Shown here: positions 37,062 to 45,562 of the stretch, piece by piece
Layout: each line of letters opens with the position of its first letter
Numbering within the stretch: position 1 is the stretch's first letter
Assembly: GCA_903827735.1 (NCBI GenBank)
Contig: CAIKJM010000127.1
Span: 1 to 45,562, forward strand
Reading direction: 5' to 3'
Origin: an uncultured Rhodanobacter sp.
GTDB lineage: Bacteria; Pseudomonadota; Gammaproteobacteria; Xanthomonadales; Rhodanobacteraceae
Length of the DNA: 45,562 nucleotides
Position numbers and translations under genes: made by a program
Notes under the pieces: generated by a model
What the model was told of the DNA's origin: nothing
Database searches by the model: none
Seen by the model: only the letters and a program-made list of their open reading frames with translations

Positions 37062-37227
37062 CGCGTGGCTCGCTTTGCAGTGGCGTCAGTTGCGGCACTT
37101 TAGCACCCGACGCAGCAGCCGAATGGGCTGCATGCGCTCGTCGAAAACACTGCGCCGGTTGTTTAGCCTCACTCCATTTGAATGCTTCTCTTGTTAGGTT
37201 GCCGTCCCCACTCAGGAGTCCCACGAA

Positions 37228-37539
37228 ATGATCCACGTCGTTGCCATCATCACTGCAAAACCTGGCCGTCGCGCCGAGCTGCTGGAACGCTTTCTTGCCA
37301 TCGTGCCGATCGTGCATTCGGAAGACGGCTGTATCGAATACCGCCCGATCATCGACAACGACGCCGGCCTCGACGGCGCGCGGGAGGCTATCGGTGCCGA
37401 CACCTATATCGTCATCGAAAAATGGGCCAGCGTAGAGGCGCTCGACGCGCATGCGGCGACCGACCATATGCGCAAGTACGGCGAAGAAGCGGCCAGTCTG
37501 ATCGCCAACCGCGTGCTGCATGTGATGCGCGACGCATGA
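37228..37539 (+). CDS. ABM / putative quinol monooxygenase (YgiN-like)
   Basis: MIHVVAIITAKPG, E.GCIEY, EKW.S.EAL.AH...HM; AGGAG RBS. Confidence 0.88.
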   Translation: MIHVVAIITAKPGRRAELLERFLAIVPIVHSEDGCIEYRPIIDNDAGLDGAREAIGADTYIVIEKWASVEALDAHAATDHMRKYGEEAASLIANRVLHVMRDA

Positions 37540-37631
37540 TGCGTATCGACCATCGCCGCAGCGTGTAAACACTAGAGCGAGTCAATCATCAACGAGCGTC
37601 CGGCGCAACGCGCTGGCGCCTGTGTGCCGCA

Positions 37632-38729
37632 TTACTTGCTGCCTTGCACATTCCGGGTTGCAGGCAACGGCTTAATGCCCGGCGCGTTCACCGCTGGCAC
37701 ATTGTCCAGCACCTGAAGCTGCGTGCCGCTGGTCTGCGGCAGTATCGGCTGGTCGGTGGCCAGCAGCACGGTACCAGGCACGAGCTCGGGCAGCAGTTTG
37801 GCCAGGAACGCCGGCGGCAGGGCCACCTTGTCGGCGAGCTCGGCATCGACCGGATGACCACCTTCGTCACCGTGACCCGGGATGCCGATGGTGATCCACT
37901 GCGGCATGTGCAGACCGGGCATGCCGGGAATCTCTTCGGCCATTTGTCCTTGCGCCACGATGTAGGCGTGCGTGCCAGGAAGCGGGTCGCGCACGGCGAT
38001 AGCGGCGCGCCCGATCTCGATACCGTTGCGCAACACGATCACGTCACCGTCAGGCACGCTCAACACCATCGAGATCGGGCCATCGGGCGATTTCTCCGGC
38101 TCCCAGCGATAGGTTTCGCCGCTCGGCAATGGCGCAATGGTGCTTTCCAGGCCGGTACGCAGATCGATCGGCGTGATGGCGCGCGGATGCACCACGTCGG
38201 CCGGACTGACGCCCTCGGCGGACACCACCACGGTCATGCCGGTAGTGGTGGTATCGAACAGCAGCCGCGCAAATTCGGTCGGCAGATGCACGCAGCCATG
38301 CGATTCGGGAAAGCCCGGCAGGCCGCCGGCATGCAGCGCGACGCCGTCCCAGGTCAGCCTTTCCTGATAGGGCATCGGCGCATTGTTGTAGAGATCAGAG
38401 TGGTGGCTCTTGTCTTTCTGCAGAATGGTGAACACGCCAGTCGGCGTTTCATGCCCCGGCTTGCCGCTGCTGATGGTGCTGATGCCCATCAGAATGCCGT
38501 TGCGATACACGTAAGCGCGCTGCTCGGTCAGGCTGACCACGACCGCCATCGGTTCGCGCCCGGGTCGCGCGGTACCGCCCCATATCCACTCGCCGGGCTT
38601 GAGCGCGGACGGCGCGATATCGACGGGGCTGGATCGCGTGGCACCCCAGACCGGCACCGCGGGCTCGGCCGCGTAGACGGGCGCCACGATAAACACGCAC
38701 ACAAAGACTAACCATACGACTCGACCCAT
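37632..38729 (-). CDS. L,D-transpeptidase (YkuD) with a degenerate second repeat
   Basis: SSGKPGHETPTG, APMPY, ALHAGGLPGFPESHGCVHL; signal peptide from ATG 38729. Confidence 0.9.
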   Translation of the reverse strand: MGRVVWLVFVCVFIVAPVYAAEPAVPVWGATRSSPVDIAPSALKPGEWIWGGTARPGREPMAVVVSLTEQRAYVYRNGILMGISTISSGKPGHETPTGVFTILQKDKSHHSDLYNNAPMPYQERLTWDGVALHAGGLPGFPESHGCVHLPTEFARLLFDTTTTGMTVVVSAEGVSPADVVHPRAITPIDLRTGLESTIAPLPSGETYRWEPEKSPDGPISMVLSVPDGDVIVLRNGIEIGRAAIAVRDPLPGTHAYIVAQGQMAEEIPGMPGLHMPQWITIGIPGHGDEGGHPVDAELADKVALPPAFLAKLLPELVPGTVLLATDQPILPQTSGTQLQVLDNVPAVNAPGIKPLPATRNVQGSK

Positions 38730-38752
38730 GACGTTCCCCTCGCCACCAAGGC

Positions 38753-39535
38753 TTAGACCTTGCCGTTCTTTTGTTCCGTGGTCGCCGCCAACCGCTGGCG
38801 CGCGGCGGCGCATTTCAACAACGCAGAATGCGCCAGCCACGCCTGGTCAGGATAGTAAGAAAACACAAACTGGCCATTTTTCATCACATCAATGATCGGC
38901 TTGGCCACCGCCGCACGCAGCGCGGGGCAACCCCAGCTGCGGCCGAGCCGGCCCATGCCCTGGTCGACGGCAGGGTTCACATAGGCCGCGCCGTGCATCA
39001 CGATGGCGCGCGCCATCGCCGCATCGTTGATGCCCTGCTCCAGCCCCTCCATGCGCAGCGACAACCCGTTATGGCCGATATACGTATCACGCGTCACGAA
39101 CAGGCCGAGACTCGATGCGTGGCTGCTGTCCTGATTGGAAAAACGATTGGGCGTATCACCGCCCGATCCCTGCCCGTGCGCCACCACCTCGTGATACAGC
39201 AACCGCTGGCTCGACAGGTCGAACACCCAAAGCCGCGGGGTCAGCGACGAGCGGCTGTAGTCGATCACCGCCAGCCGCTGGGCCTCAGGAGCTACCCCGC
39301 TGGACTGCGCACAGCTCACCGCTGACAGCGCCAGATCGAGCACTTGTGGATTCAGCTGCGGCGCCTGCTGTTCGAGCAGGCTGGCCAATGCCCCAGCAGA
39401 GTGTGCCGCGGGGGCCACGCTCGTCGAAACGTCGGAAACGTCGGAAACGCCGGCTGCGCCGGGCGCACTGCCAGCGCACAGCGCGGCGGCGGGCACACCG
39501 ATCGCGAGCAAAAAGCCCAAATATTTTGTGTGCAT
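38753..39535 (-). CDS. Murein L,D-transpeptidase catalytic-domain protein (YkuD_2)
   Basis: VIDYS, VAHGQGSG, FSN..S..SSLG, RAIVMHGA.YV, GRSWGCPA. Confidence 0.9.
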   Translation of the reverse strand: MHTKYLGFLLAIGVPAAALCAGSAPGAAGVSDVSDVSTSVAPAAHSAGALASLLEQQAPQLNPQVLDLALSAVSCAQSSGVAPEAQRLAVIDYSRSSLTPRLWVFDLSSQRLLYHEVVAHGQGSGGDTPNRFSNQDSSHASSLGLFVTRDTYIGHNGLSLRMEGLEQGINDAAMARAIVMHGAAYVNPAVDQGMGRLGRSWGCPALRAAVAKPIIDVMKNGQFVFSYYPDQAWLAHSALLKCAAARQRLAATTEQKNGKV

Positions 39536-39665
39536 GGCGGGATTTTAGGTGGCCTTCAATTAAGCAGATGTTGCGGCGACGACCGTGCGAAGCAAGCTCC
39601 CGGCGATTGGAGAGCGGGAGCCACGTCCGCCAGCCGGTGTCTTCGAGCTTGCGCGACGACCGCTT

Positions 39666-40466
39666 CTAAAAGCGGTGCGACAGCCCAAGATATACCTGAG
39701 TATCCGGCGTGCTGCGGTTGAGGCCGACGTTCGTACCGACGTCGAGCTGCAGAGTCGGGTTGACCAGAAATATCAGCGCTGCGTCGGCCGAACGCTGGCG
39801 AATTGTGCCGGCCGGGTCGCGGTTGTCCTGCGCCCATAGCTCGATGGCGAAACTCAATCGACGGGTCAGCGGATGCGCCACGTTGACCAGGCCGGTCACG
39901 GCGGCGTGGTGGCCGTGACCATCGCTATCGGCCAGCAGGTCGAGCTCCGGTCCCAACGTCAGCGAAAAACCCTGAGGCAAGGCCACGCCGATCGGCGCCG
40001 CCAGACCGCCCTCCCAGCGGTCGTTGCCCAGGTCGTGCGCGGCGGTAGGCGCCTTGATGAAAGGAATCACCGATACGCTGACGGTGTCGTCGCTGAACAA
40101 ACGCGACTTCAGCCGCAGGTACACGTCGCCGGCACCGGACAGGCTGCGCGTATGGCCATCCTCCTTGGTGCGCACGCGTATCGCTGGCGCCCAGTTGATC
40201 TCGATGTCCTGATGATCGTTGAGGCCATATTTGAAATAGGGATTGAGGTAGTAGAGCGTATCGCTGCCCACACCACCGTGCTGATCGTGCGTGCTGTTGC
40301 CGATATCGGTTTCCAGCTGCCAGCTCCCCTGCGGCACGGTGCAGGTGGCGTTGGCCTTGGTCGGGCGGTCAGTACAAATGGGCGTGGTGTCGAGGCTTTG
40401 TGCGTGCGCCACAAGAGGGGCCTGGCCAAGCCACGTGGCCATGAGGATGAGAAGCGGCTTTTTCAT
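39666..40466 (-). CDS. Outer-membrane beta-barrel 'transporter' (MetA phenol-degradation pathway / SphA-like family)
   Basis: Signal peptide; ICTDRP..AN..CTVP.G..QLE; C-terminal YLGLSHRF (terminal Phe). Confidence 0.8.
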   Translation of the reverse strand: MKKPLLILMATWLGQAPLVAHAQSLDTTPICTDRPTKANATCTVPQGSWQLETDIGNSTHDQHGGVGSDTLYYLNPYFKYGLNDHQDIEINWAPAIRVRTKEDGHTRSLSGAGDVYLRLKSRLFSDDTVSVSVIPFIKAPTAAHDLGNDRWEGGLAAPIGVALPQGFSLTLGPELDLLADSDGHGHHAAVTGLVNVAHPLTRRLSFAIELWAQDNRDPAGTIRQRSADAALIFLVNPTLQLDVGTNVGLNRSTPDTQVYLGLSHRF

Positions 40467-40739
40467 GAGCGATCCAGCGTGGCGCCGAGCACTACGGGCA
40501 AATGCCCGATCGATCTGGGCGCAAGGTGTCGCAAGAACTTACAGGCCGCCCCGTAAAGTCAGCACACTTTTTGCGCGCGTTCCCGTAAAAAGATCGTCAT
40601 TCCGTCGCAGCTACTTTTAGATCCACCGCCAGGAAAGTTTTTCGCTGGCGTTTGCGACGTTCCGGGCATGTGCGCCTAGGCTGCGGAGCACCCGCAGCTG
40701 GACTACTATGTCGACGGCCGGGGTAGCCAGGGGAATGTC

Positions 40740-41444
40740 ATGGGGAGTGTCGTTTCGGGACGCAGGTGGGAACACGGCTTTTTCGCGGCGATGGCGCTGG
40801 CCATGGCGGCTGCCGTCTATATCGGATTTCAGGACAGCTATTTTCGCGTCGGGCTGATCTTTGCCCATTTGCCGAGCCTGATGGTGCACATTCACGGTGC
40901 ACTGTTCGTCGGCTGGATCGTGCTGCTCGTCGTGCAGATCACACTGGTCGCCAGTGGTCACATTCGCTGGCATCGGCAACTGGGCGTTATCGGCGCGGTG
41001 ATGGCTCCACTCATGGTGATTGCTGGCACGGTCACGCTGATACTGGCGCTTCGCCGAAACGCGGTGCCGCGCATACCGCCGTCGGTGTTTTTTGCCGGCG
41101 ACCTGTTACAGCTGATTGCCTTCGCGATCCTGGTGACGTGGGCACTGCGCAAGCGCAGGGAGCCGGCAGCCCACAAACGGCTGATGCTGTTTGCCACTAT
41201 CGCGATATTGGCTCCCGCGGTGGATCGCTGGCCGTTCGCGTTCATGACGTCGATTCTGATGACGACAGCGATTATCACCGCCTTTCCTCTCGCTCTCGCC
41301 GCTTACGATTTGATCACGACGCGCCGCGTCCACTGGTCTACGCGCTGGGGATTAGTTCTTTACGTGTTGATGATCGTTGGAATCTTCGTGCTGCCCGCCT
41401 TGCCACCGTGGCAGGCATTGACCGCTTGGGTGATATCGCGGTGA
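40740..41444 (+). CDS. Conserved integral membrane protein (6-7 TM)
   Basis: HIHG, WHRQLG and AHKRLM motifs alternate with hydrophobic helices. Confidence 0.8.
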   Translation: MGSVVSGRRWEHGFFAAMALAMAAAVYIGFQDSYFRVGLIFAHLPSLMVHIHGALFVGWIVLLVVQITLVASGHIRWHRQLGVIGAVMAPLMVIAGTVTLILALRRNAVPRIPPSVFFAGDLLQLIAFAILVTWALRKRREPAAHKRLMLFATIAILAPAVDRWPFAFMTSILMTTAIITAFPLALAAYDLITTRRVHWSTRWGLVLYVLMIVGIFVLPALPPWQALTAWVISR

Positions 41445-41457
41445 CCTAGTTAGCCTG

Positions 41458-42051
41458 CTAGCGGCATTGCTTCAACTGAGCACCGTAATTACGCGCAAGA
41501 TTATCGACCACGTCAGCCGTCTGCAGCAGGTGGGCATCGTGCTTCCACTCGCCGCTGCGATAGCCGCCGATACCCTCGTGATAGGCGAGGTATAGGCCCC
41601 TCGGATCCCACTTCGAGATGCCCAGCTCCCGGTGGATGCGGTCGGTATACCAGCCGAGGAAATCGAGCGAGTTGTTCATATTCTTGCGGCTCTTGAACCA
41701 GCCGCTGTTTTCCTTTCGATACTCCTTCCATACCGGGTCCTGCGCCTGTGCATAGCCGTACGCGCTGGACCGACGCGGTAAAGGAATAAACAAAAAGTGC
41801 GGACGATCCGGGCGTGCCTTGCCGCGGAAGTCGGACTCGCGCTGCACGAAGGCCATCAGCACATTCACCGGCGTGCCCCAGCGCTTTTGTGCCGCCAGCG
41901 CATCGTGATACCAGCCTGGGTACTGGTCGAAGACCTGGCAGATGCTCTGGGTGTTGCGCGGTGGCACGGTGGTCGCGCACCCGCTCAACATCAGCAGGCC
42001 AAACACAAAAAGGATACAGCCCAGCTTTCTCATCATCGCGGCATCGAGCAT
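41458..42051 (-). CDS. Transglycosylase SLT-domain lipoprotein
   Basis: Lipobox LSGC; QRES.F (catalytic Glu), SSAYGYAQA, LYLAYHEG. Start 42051 or 42036. Confidence 0.85.
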   Translation of the reverse strand: MLDAAMMRKLGCILFVFGLLMLSGCATTVPPRNTQSICQVFDQYPGWYHDALAAQKRWGTPVNVLMAFVQRESDFRGKARPDRPHFLFIPLPRRSSAYGYAQAQDPVWKEYRKENSGWFKSRKNMNNSLDFLGWYTDRIHRELGISKWDPRGLYLAYHEGIGGYRSGEWKHDAHLLQTADVVDNLARNYGAQLKQCR

Positions 42052-42122
42052 TCTCTGATCCTGCTCGTAGGTTAGCAGCCGATCGCGTAAGCAGAGAGAA
42101 CCGTTTGCAGGAAATAGGCGCG

Positions 42123-42512
42123 TTAGAACCAATAATCACCGACACAGCGACCATCGCGCGGCAGCGGCTCGAAAGTGTCGAGCCCGTCAAGACGCTCGAT
42201 GGGAATGCGCGCGACCGCATCGGGCTCGGCCATGCGCAGATTGACGCCGATCCGAACGCGGCCGGACTCATCTGCTGAGCGACCTCGCCAGTAGGCTACG
42301 CAGCCGCACGCGGGGCAGAAATGGAAGGCGATTCCGCCACCGCGCCAATAGCTTTTCGTATGCCCTGAAATCCGAACGCCTTCGTTCTCGTGACCATACG
42401 CCCAGAGCGCTCCGTAACGGCGGCACACCGTGCAGTTGCACGCCGTCGCACTATCTGGCGTTCGTGCGAGATGCCACTGCACCGCGCCACAGTGACAGGA
42501 GCCCTCGATCAT
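42123..42512 (-). CDS. GFA/CENP-V family Zn protein
   Basis: GSCHCGAV, CNCTVCRR, FCPACG; GGAG RBS before ATG 42512. Confidence 0.9.
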   Translation of the reverse strand: MIEGSCHCGAVQWHLARTPDSATACNCTVCRRYGALWAYGHENEGVRISGHTKSYWRGGGIAFHFCPACGCVAYWRGRSADESGRVRIGVNLRMAEPDAVARIPIERLDGLDTFEPLPRDGRCVGDYWF

Positions 42513-42799
42513 CGTCTGCTCCACCAAGGCCACTCCATTCTGACTGACGCGACACACGCGATTTATGCGCTCTTTATGCAGTGGAAAACGCGATCAGCGA
42601 TCTCTTTGCCCAGGCACATCTTCTTCACCGAGCTTAACGAAAGCGGGCGCGAATATCGACGTGCCGTGACGAACACCTTGTGACACGCGGATGGCGTCGA
42701 AATATCTACCCCAACCTCTCGGGCGAGTTATCGCGGGTTGAGTACTGACCGTCCGCCGCGCCCCATAATTTCCTTGAAACGATAGAACTGAGCCAATGC

Positions 42800-44440
42800 A
42801 TGACTGAATCGACTGAGATCAATTCGCCGGATTTTCCTGTTGCCGCGTCACCGCCCGCGGCCATCTCTTATACGGGTATCGATCATCCCGGTGAGGACAT
42901 GTTCTTTGCGGCGGTGGAAATCACCCGCATGCCGATGACAGTGACCGACCCACATCGGCCGGACAACCCGGTGATTTTTGCCAACAAGGCATTTCTGCGG
43001 ATGACCGGCTACGCGATGGATGAAATCGTTGGGCAGAACTGTCGCTTTCTGCAGGGCAAGGATACCGATGCCGAAGCCGTTGCCGGCATTCGCGCGGCCG
43101 TACAGCAGCGGCGCGAATACGCTACCGAAATTCTCAACTATCGTAAGGATGGCTCCACCTTCTGGAACGCGCTGTTTATTTCGCCGGTGTACGACAAGCA
43201 GGGCAACCTGGTTTATTTCTTTGCGTCGCAGCTCGACGTCAGTCGTCGCCGCGATGCCGAAGACGCGCTGCGGCAGTCGCAGAAAATGGAGGCGCTAGGC
43301 CAGCTCACCGGCGGGATTGCGCACGACTTCAACAATATTCTGCAGGTGCTTACCGGCTTTCTCGAAGGCATCGGGCATGGCGTCGATCGCCCCGAACTCG
43401 ACCGGCCGAAACTGCATCGCCAGATCGACATCTGCCAAAAAGCGGTCGATCGCGCCGGCACGCTGACCAAACAGCTGCTGGCCTTTGCGCGCAAACAGCA
43501 GCTCGAAGGCCGCATGGTCAACGTCAACCATCTCATTACCAATATGCACGAGATGATGTCGCGTGCACTCGGTGATTCGGCCGAGCTGCAGATGGATCTT
43601 TTGCCTGATTTGTTGAACGCGCGCATCGACTCCACGCAGTGCGAAGTGGCCATGCTCAATATCGTCATCAACGCCCGCGACGCGATGGCCGGACGCGATG
43701 ATCAGCTGATTCGCATCAAGACCGAAAACGTCAGCGTGATCCACGGCAAGGAGTACGAAAGCATCGATCTGAAACCTGGCAAATACGTGGTCATCGCCAT
43801 CTCGGATAACGGTGCGGGCATGCCGGCGGAAATCAAAAAGCGCGTCATGGACCCGTTCTTTACCACGAAGGAAGAAGGTAAAGGCACAGGGCTGGGCCTG
43901 TCGATGGTGTATGGCTTTGCACGCCAGTCCGGCGGCACCGTGATGATCGATTCCGAGGAAAATGTCGGCACTACCGTGCGCTTGTTCTTTCCTGCCAGCG
44001 ACGCTACAGAACATTCGTCCGCGTCCGCACTGAAGGAAAAGGTCGTGCCACACAGCGGCCGCGAGCACGTTCTCGTGGTGGAGGATCGCGAAGACGTGGC
44101 CGTGCTGGCCAGAGACATTCTTGAGGAATATGGCTACCGCGTCACCGTGGCAAACAATGCAGCCGATGCGCTGAATGCCATCGACACCGACCCGAATTTC
44201 GACCTGCTGTTCACCGACCTGATTATGCCCGGCGGCATGAACGGCGTGCTGCTGGCGCGCAAGGCCTGCCAGCGCATGCCCCGCCTCAAGGTATTGTTGA
44301 CCACCGGTTATGCCGACTCGTCCATCGAGCGCACCGATGCGCGCGGCAGCGAGTTCGAAGTGATCCACAAGCCTTACGGCCGCGCCGAACTCGCGCGCAA
44401 GGTGAAGATCGTTCTGGGTGGTCACACGGGCGTGAGCTAA
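42800..44440 (+). CDS. Blue-light LOV hybrid histidine kinase (LOV-HisKA-HATPase-REC)
   Basis: PDNPVIFAN..F..MTGY, GQNCRFLQG (photoactive Cys), NYRKDG.TFWN, FFASQLDVS; HDFNN; REC 'FTDLIMPGGMNG'. Confidence 0.95.
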   Translation: MTESTEINSPDFPVAASPPAAISYTGIDHPGEDMFFAAVEITRMPMTVTDPHRPDNPVIFANKAFLRMTGYAMDEIVGQNCRFLQGKDTDAEAVAGIRAAVQQRREYATEILNYRKDGSTFWNALFISPVYDKQGNLVYFFASQLDVSRRRDAEDALRQSQKMEALGQLTGGIAHDFNNILQVLTGFLEGIGHGVDRPELDRPKLHRQIDICQKAVDRAGTLTKQLLAFARKQQLEGRMVNVNHLITNMHEMMSRALGDSAELQMDLLPDLLNARIDSTQCEVAMLNIVINARDAMAGRDDQLIRIKTENVSVIHGKEYESIDLKPGKYVVIAISDNGAGMPAEIKKRVMDPFFTTKEEGKGTGLGLSMVYGFARQSGGTVMIDSEENVGTTVRLFFPASDATEHSSASALKEKVVPHSGREHVLVVEDREDVAVLARDILEEYGYRVTVANNAADALNAIDTDPNFDLLFTDLIMPGGMNGVLLARKACQRMPRLKVLLTTGYADSSIERTDARGSEFEVIHKPYGRAELARKVKIVLGGHTGVS

Positions 44441-44717
44441 GAGGCCGCAGGCATTCGGTCGAACCCAGCCGGTCTCGCCGCGTCGACGACGCCGTAGCCG
44501 GCGCGACTTTACGGCACCGCCGGTGCGCGCGCCTCGTTGCGCCCTGGCACGGTGCCACGAAGCGCAGCCCGGACCACGGTATGGAGACCGCCTTCGCGAC
44601 GCCGGGCACTCGCTTTCGTTTGGCGTCGGCGTACTATCCGCAAGCCACAATGGAACGGCCGATGGCCTTTCCAGGCTCAGGGACAAACAGGTACCGCCAA
44701 CTTCAGGAGAGCGACTC

Positions 44718-45494
44718 ATGCAGACCCGTATCCAGGGCACGGTGATGCCCGTGCTGGAAGTGCAGCTCGATCCCAACGACAGCGTCTTCGCCGAAAGCGG
44801 CGAGCTGTCTTGGATGACCGCATCGATCCAGATGACCACGCACACGCAGATGGGCGGCGGCGGCGGACTGATGGGCATGTTCAAGCGCGCGGTCGGCGGC
44901 GGCAGCTTCTTCATGACCGAATACCGCGCCGTGCAGCGGCCTGGTGAAGTCGCCTTCGCGACCAAGGTACCCGGGCATATCGTGCCGGTACCGGTGAGTC
45001 CTTCCAACGAGTACTTTGTGCATCGGCACGGTTTTCTCTGCGCCACGCCGCAGGTCACACTCGGCGTCGGCTTTCAGCAGTCGCTGGGTGCGGGTATCTT
45101 CGGCGGCGACGGTTTCCTGCTTCAGAAGATCGGCGGCAGCGGCACCGCCTGGCTGGAGCTCTCCGGCGAACTGATCCAGAAAAATCTGGCGCCCGGCGAA
45201 ACCCTGCGCGTGCATCCGGGCCATGTCGGCGCGTTCCAGGCGTCGGTGAGTTTTCAGATCACCACGGTGCCCGGCATCAAGAACGCGATCTTCGGCGGCG
45301 ACGGCATTTTTCTCGCGGCGCTCACCGGCCCCGGCACCGTCTGGTTGCAGACCCTGCCGATCTCCCGCCTCGCCCACCAGATCGCCGAATATCTGCCCAG
45401 CAGCGGTGGCGGTGGACGGGCGGCATCGGTCGGTATGGGCGGCGGTCTGCTCGGCGGCATCGTCGGCTCGATGCTCAACGGCAACGACAACTGA
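44718..45494 (+). CDS. AIM24 / TIGR00266 family protein
   Basis: AESGELSWM, FLCA, GIFGGDGF.LQ, L.VHPGH, FGGDGIFLA.LTGPG.VWLQTLP; AGGAGA RBS. Confidence 0.88.
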   Translation: MQTRIQGTVMPVLEVQLDPNDSVFAESGELSWMTASIQMTTHTQMGGGGGLMGMFKRAVGGGSFFMTEYRAVQRPGEVAFATKVPGHIVPVPVSPSNEYFVHRHGFLCATPQVTLGVGFQQSLGAGIFGGDGFLLQKIGGSGTAWLELSGELIQKNLAPGETLRVHPGHVGAFQASVSFQITTVPGIKNAIFGGDGIFLAALTGPGTVWLQTLPISRLAHQIAEYLPSSGGGGRAASVGMGGGLLGGIVGSMLNGNDN

Positions 45495-45562
45495 GCGGTT
45501 GTAAACACAGGCTGCATTACCAGGACCCCGACCGGGAGCAACCCTTACAAATCATTCTCGAC

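Noticed and set aside
43295-45058. 587-aa minus-strand ORF
   Set aside because: Antisense shadow of the LOV kinase and AIM24 genes; no motifs; expected in high-GC DNA.

Overview
High-GC (roughly 60-65% by eye) bacterial chromosomal window. Gene style and the GTAG-type REPs suggest Xanthomonadales/Rhodanobacteraceae, but that is inference. About 45 CDSs, with no rRNA, tRNA, CRISPR, transposase, integrase or phage genes. It is a patchwork accessory region containing: (i) five divergent regulator/oxidoreductase pairs (MmyB-like HTH/SDR, HxlR/PRISE-type SDR, LysR/Zn-ADH, LysR/SDR, LysR/NmrA) plus a MarR-DHA2 efflux operon; (ii) transporters (APC, POT); (iii) a secreted S53 sedolisin with FG-GAP repeats beside a hybrid histidine kinase/OmpR pair; (iv) cell-envelope genes (two L,D-transpeptidases, an SLT lipoprotein, an acyltransferase, a YajG-like lipoprotein); (v) signalling genes (a stand-alone EAL protein and a LOV-HK-REC photoreceptor); (vi) a YegD-like Hsp70 and several small unannotated proteins. 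The strongest candidate for an undescribed system is a translationally coupled two-ligase operon at 1278-3574: a YbdK/GCS2 carboxylate-amine ligase plus a divergent, circularly permuted ATP-grasp-like protein, which could make an unknown gamma-glutamyl peptide or peptide tag. The second is a ~106-nt sRNA candidate at 19357-19462 with repeated CUCCCC loops. All family calls come from motif recognition; no database search was run.
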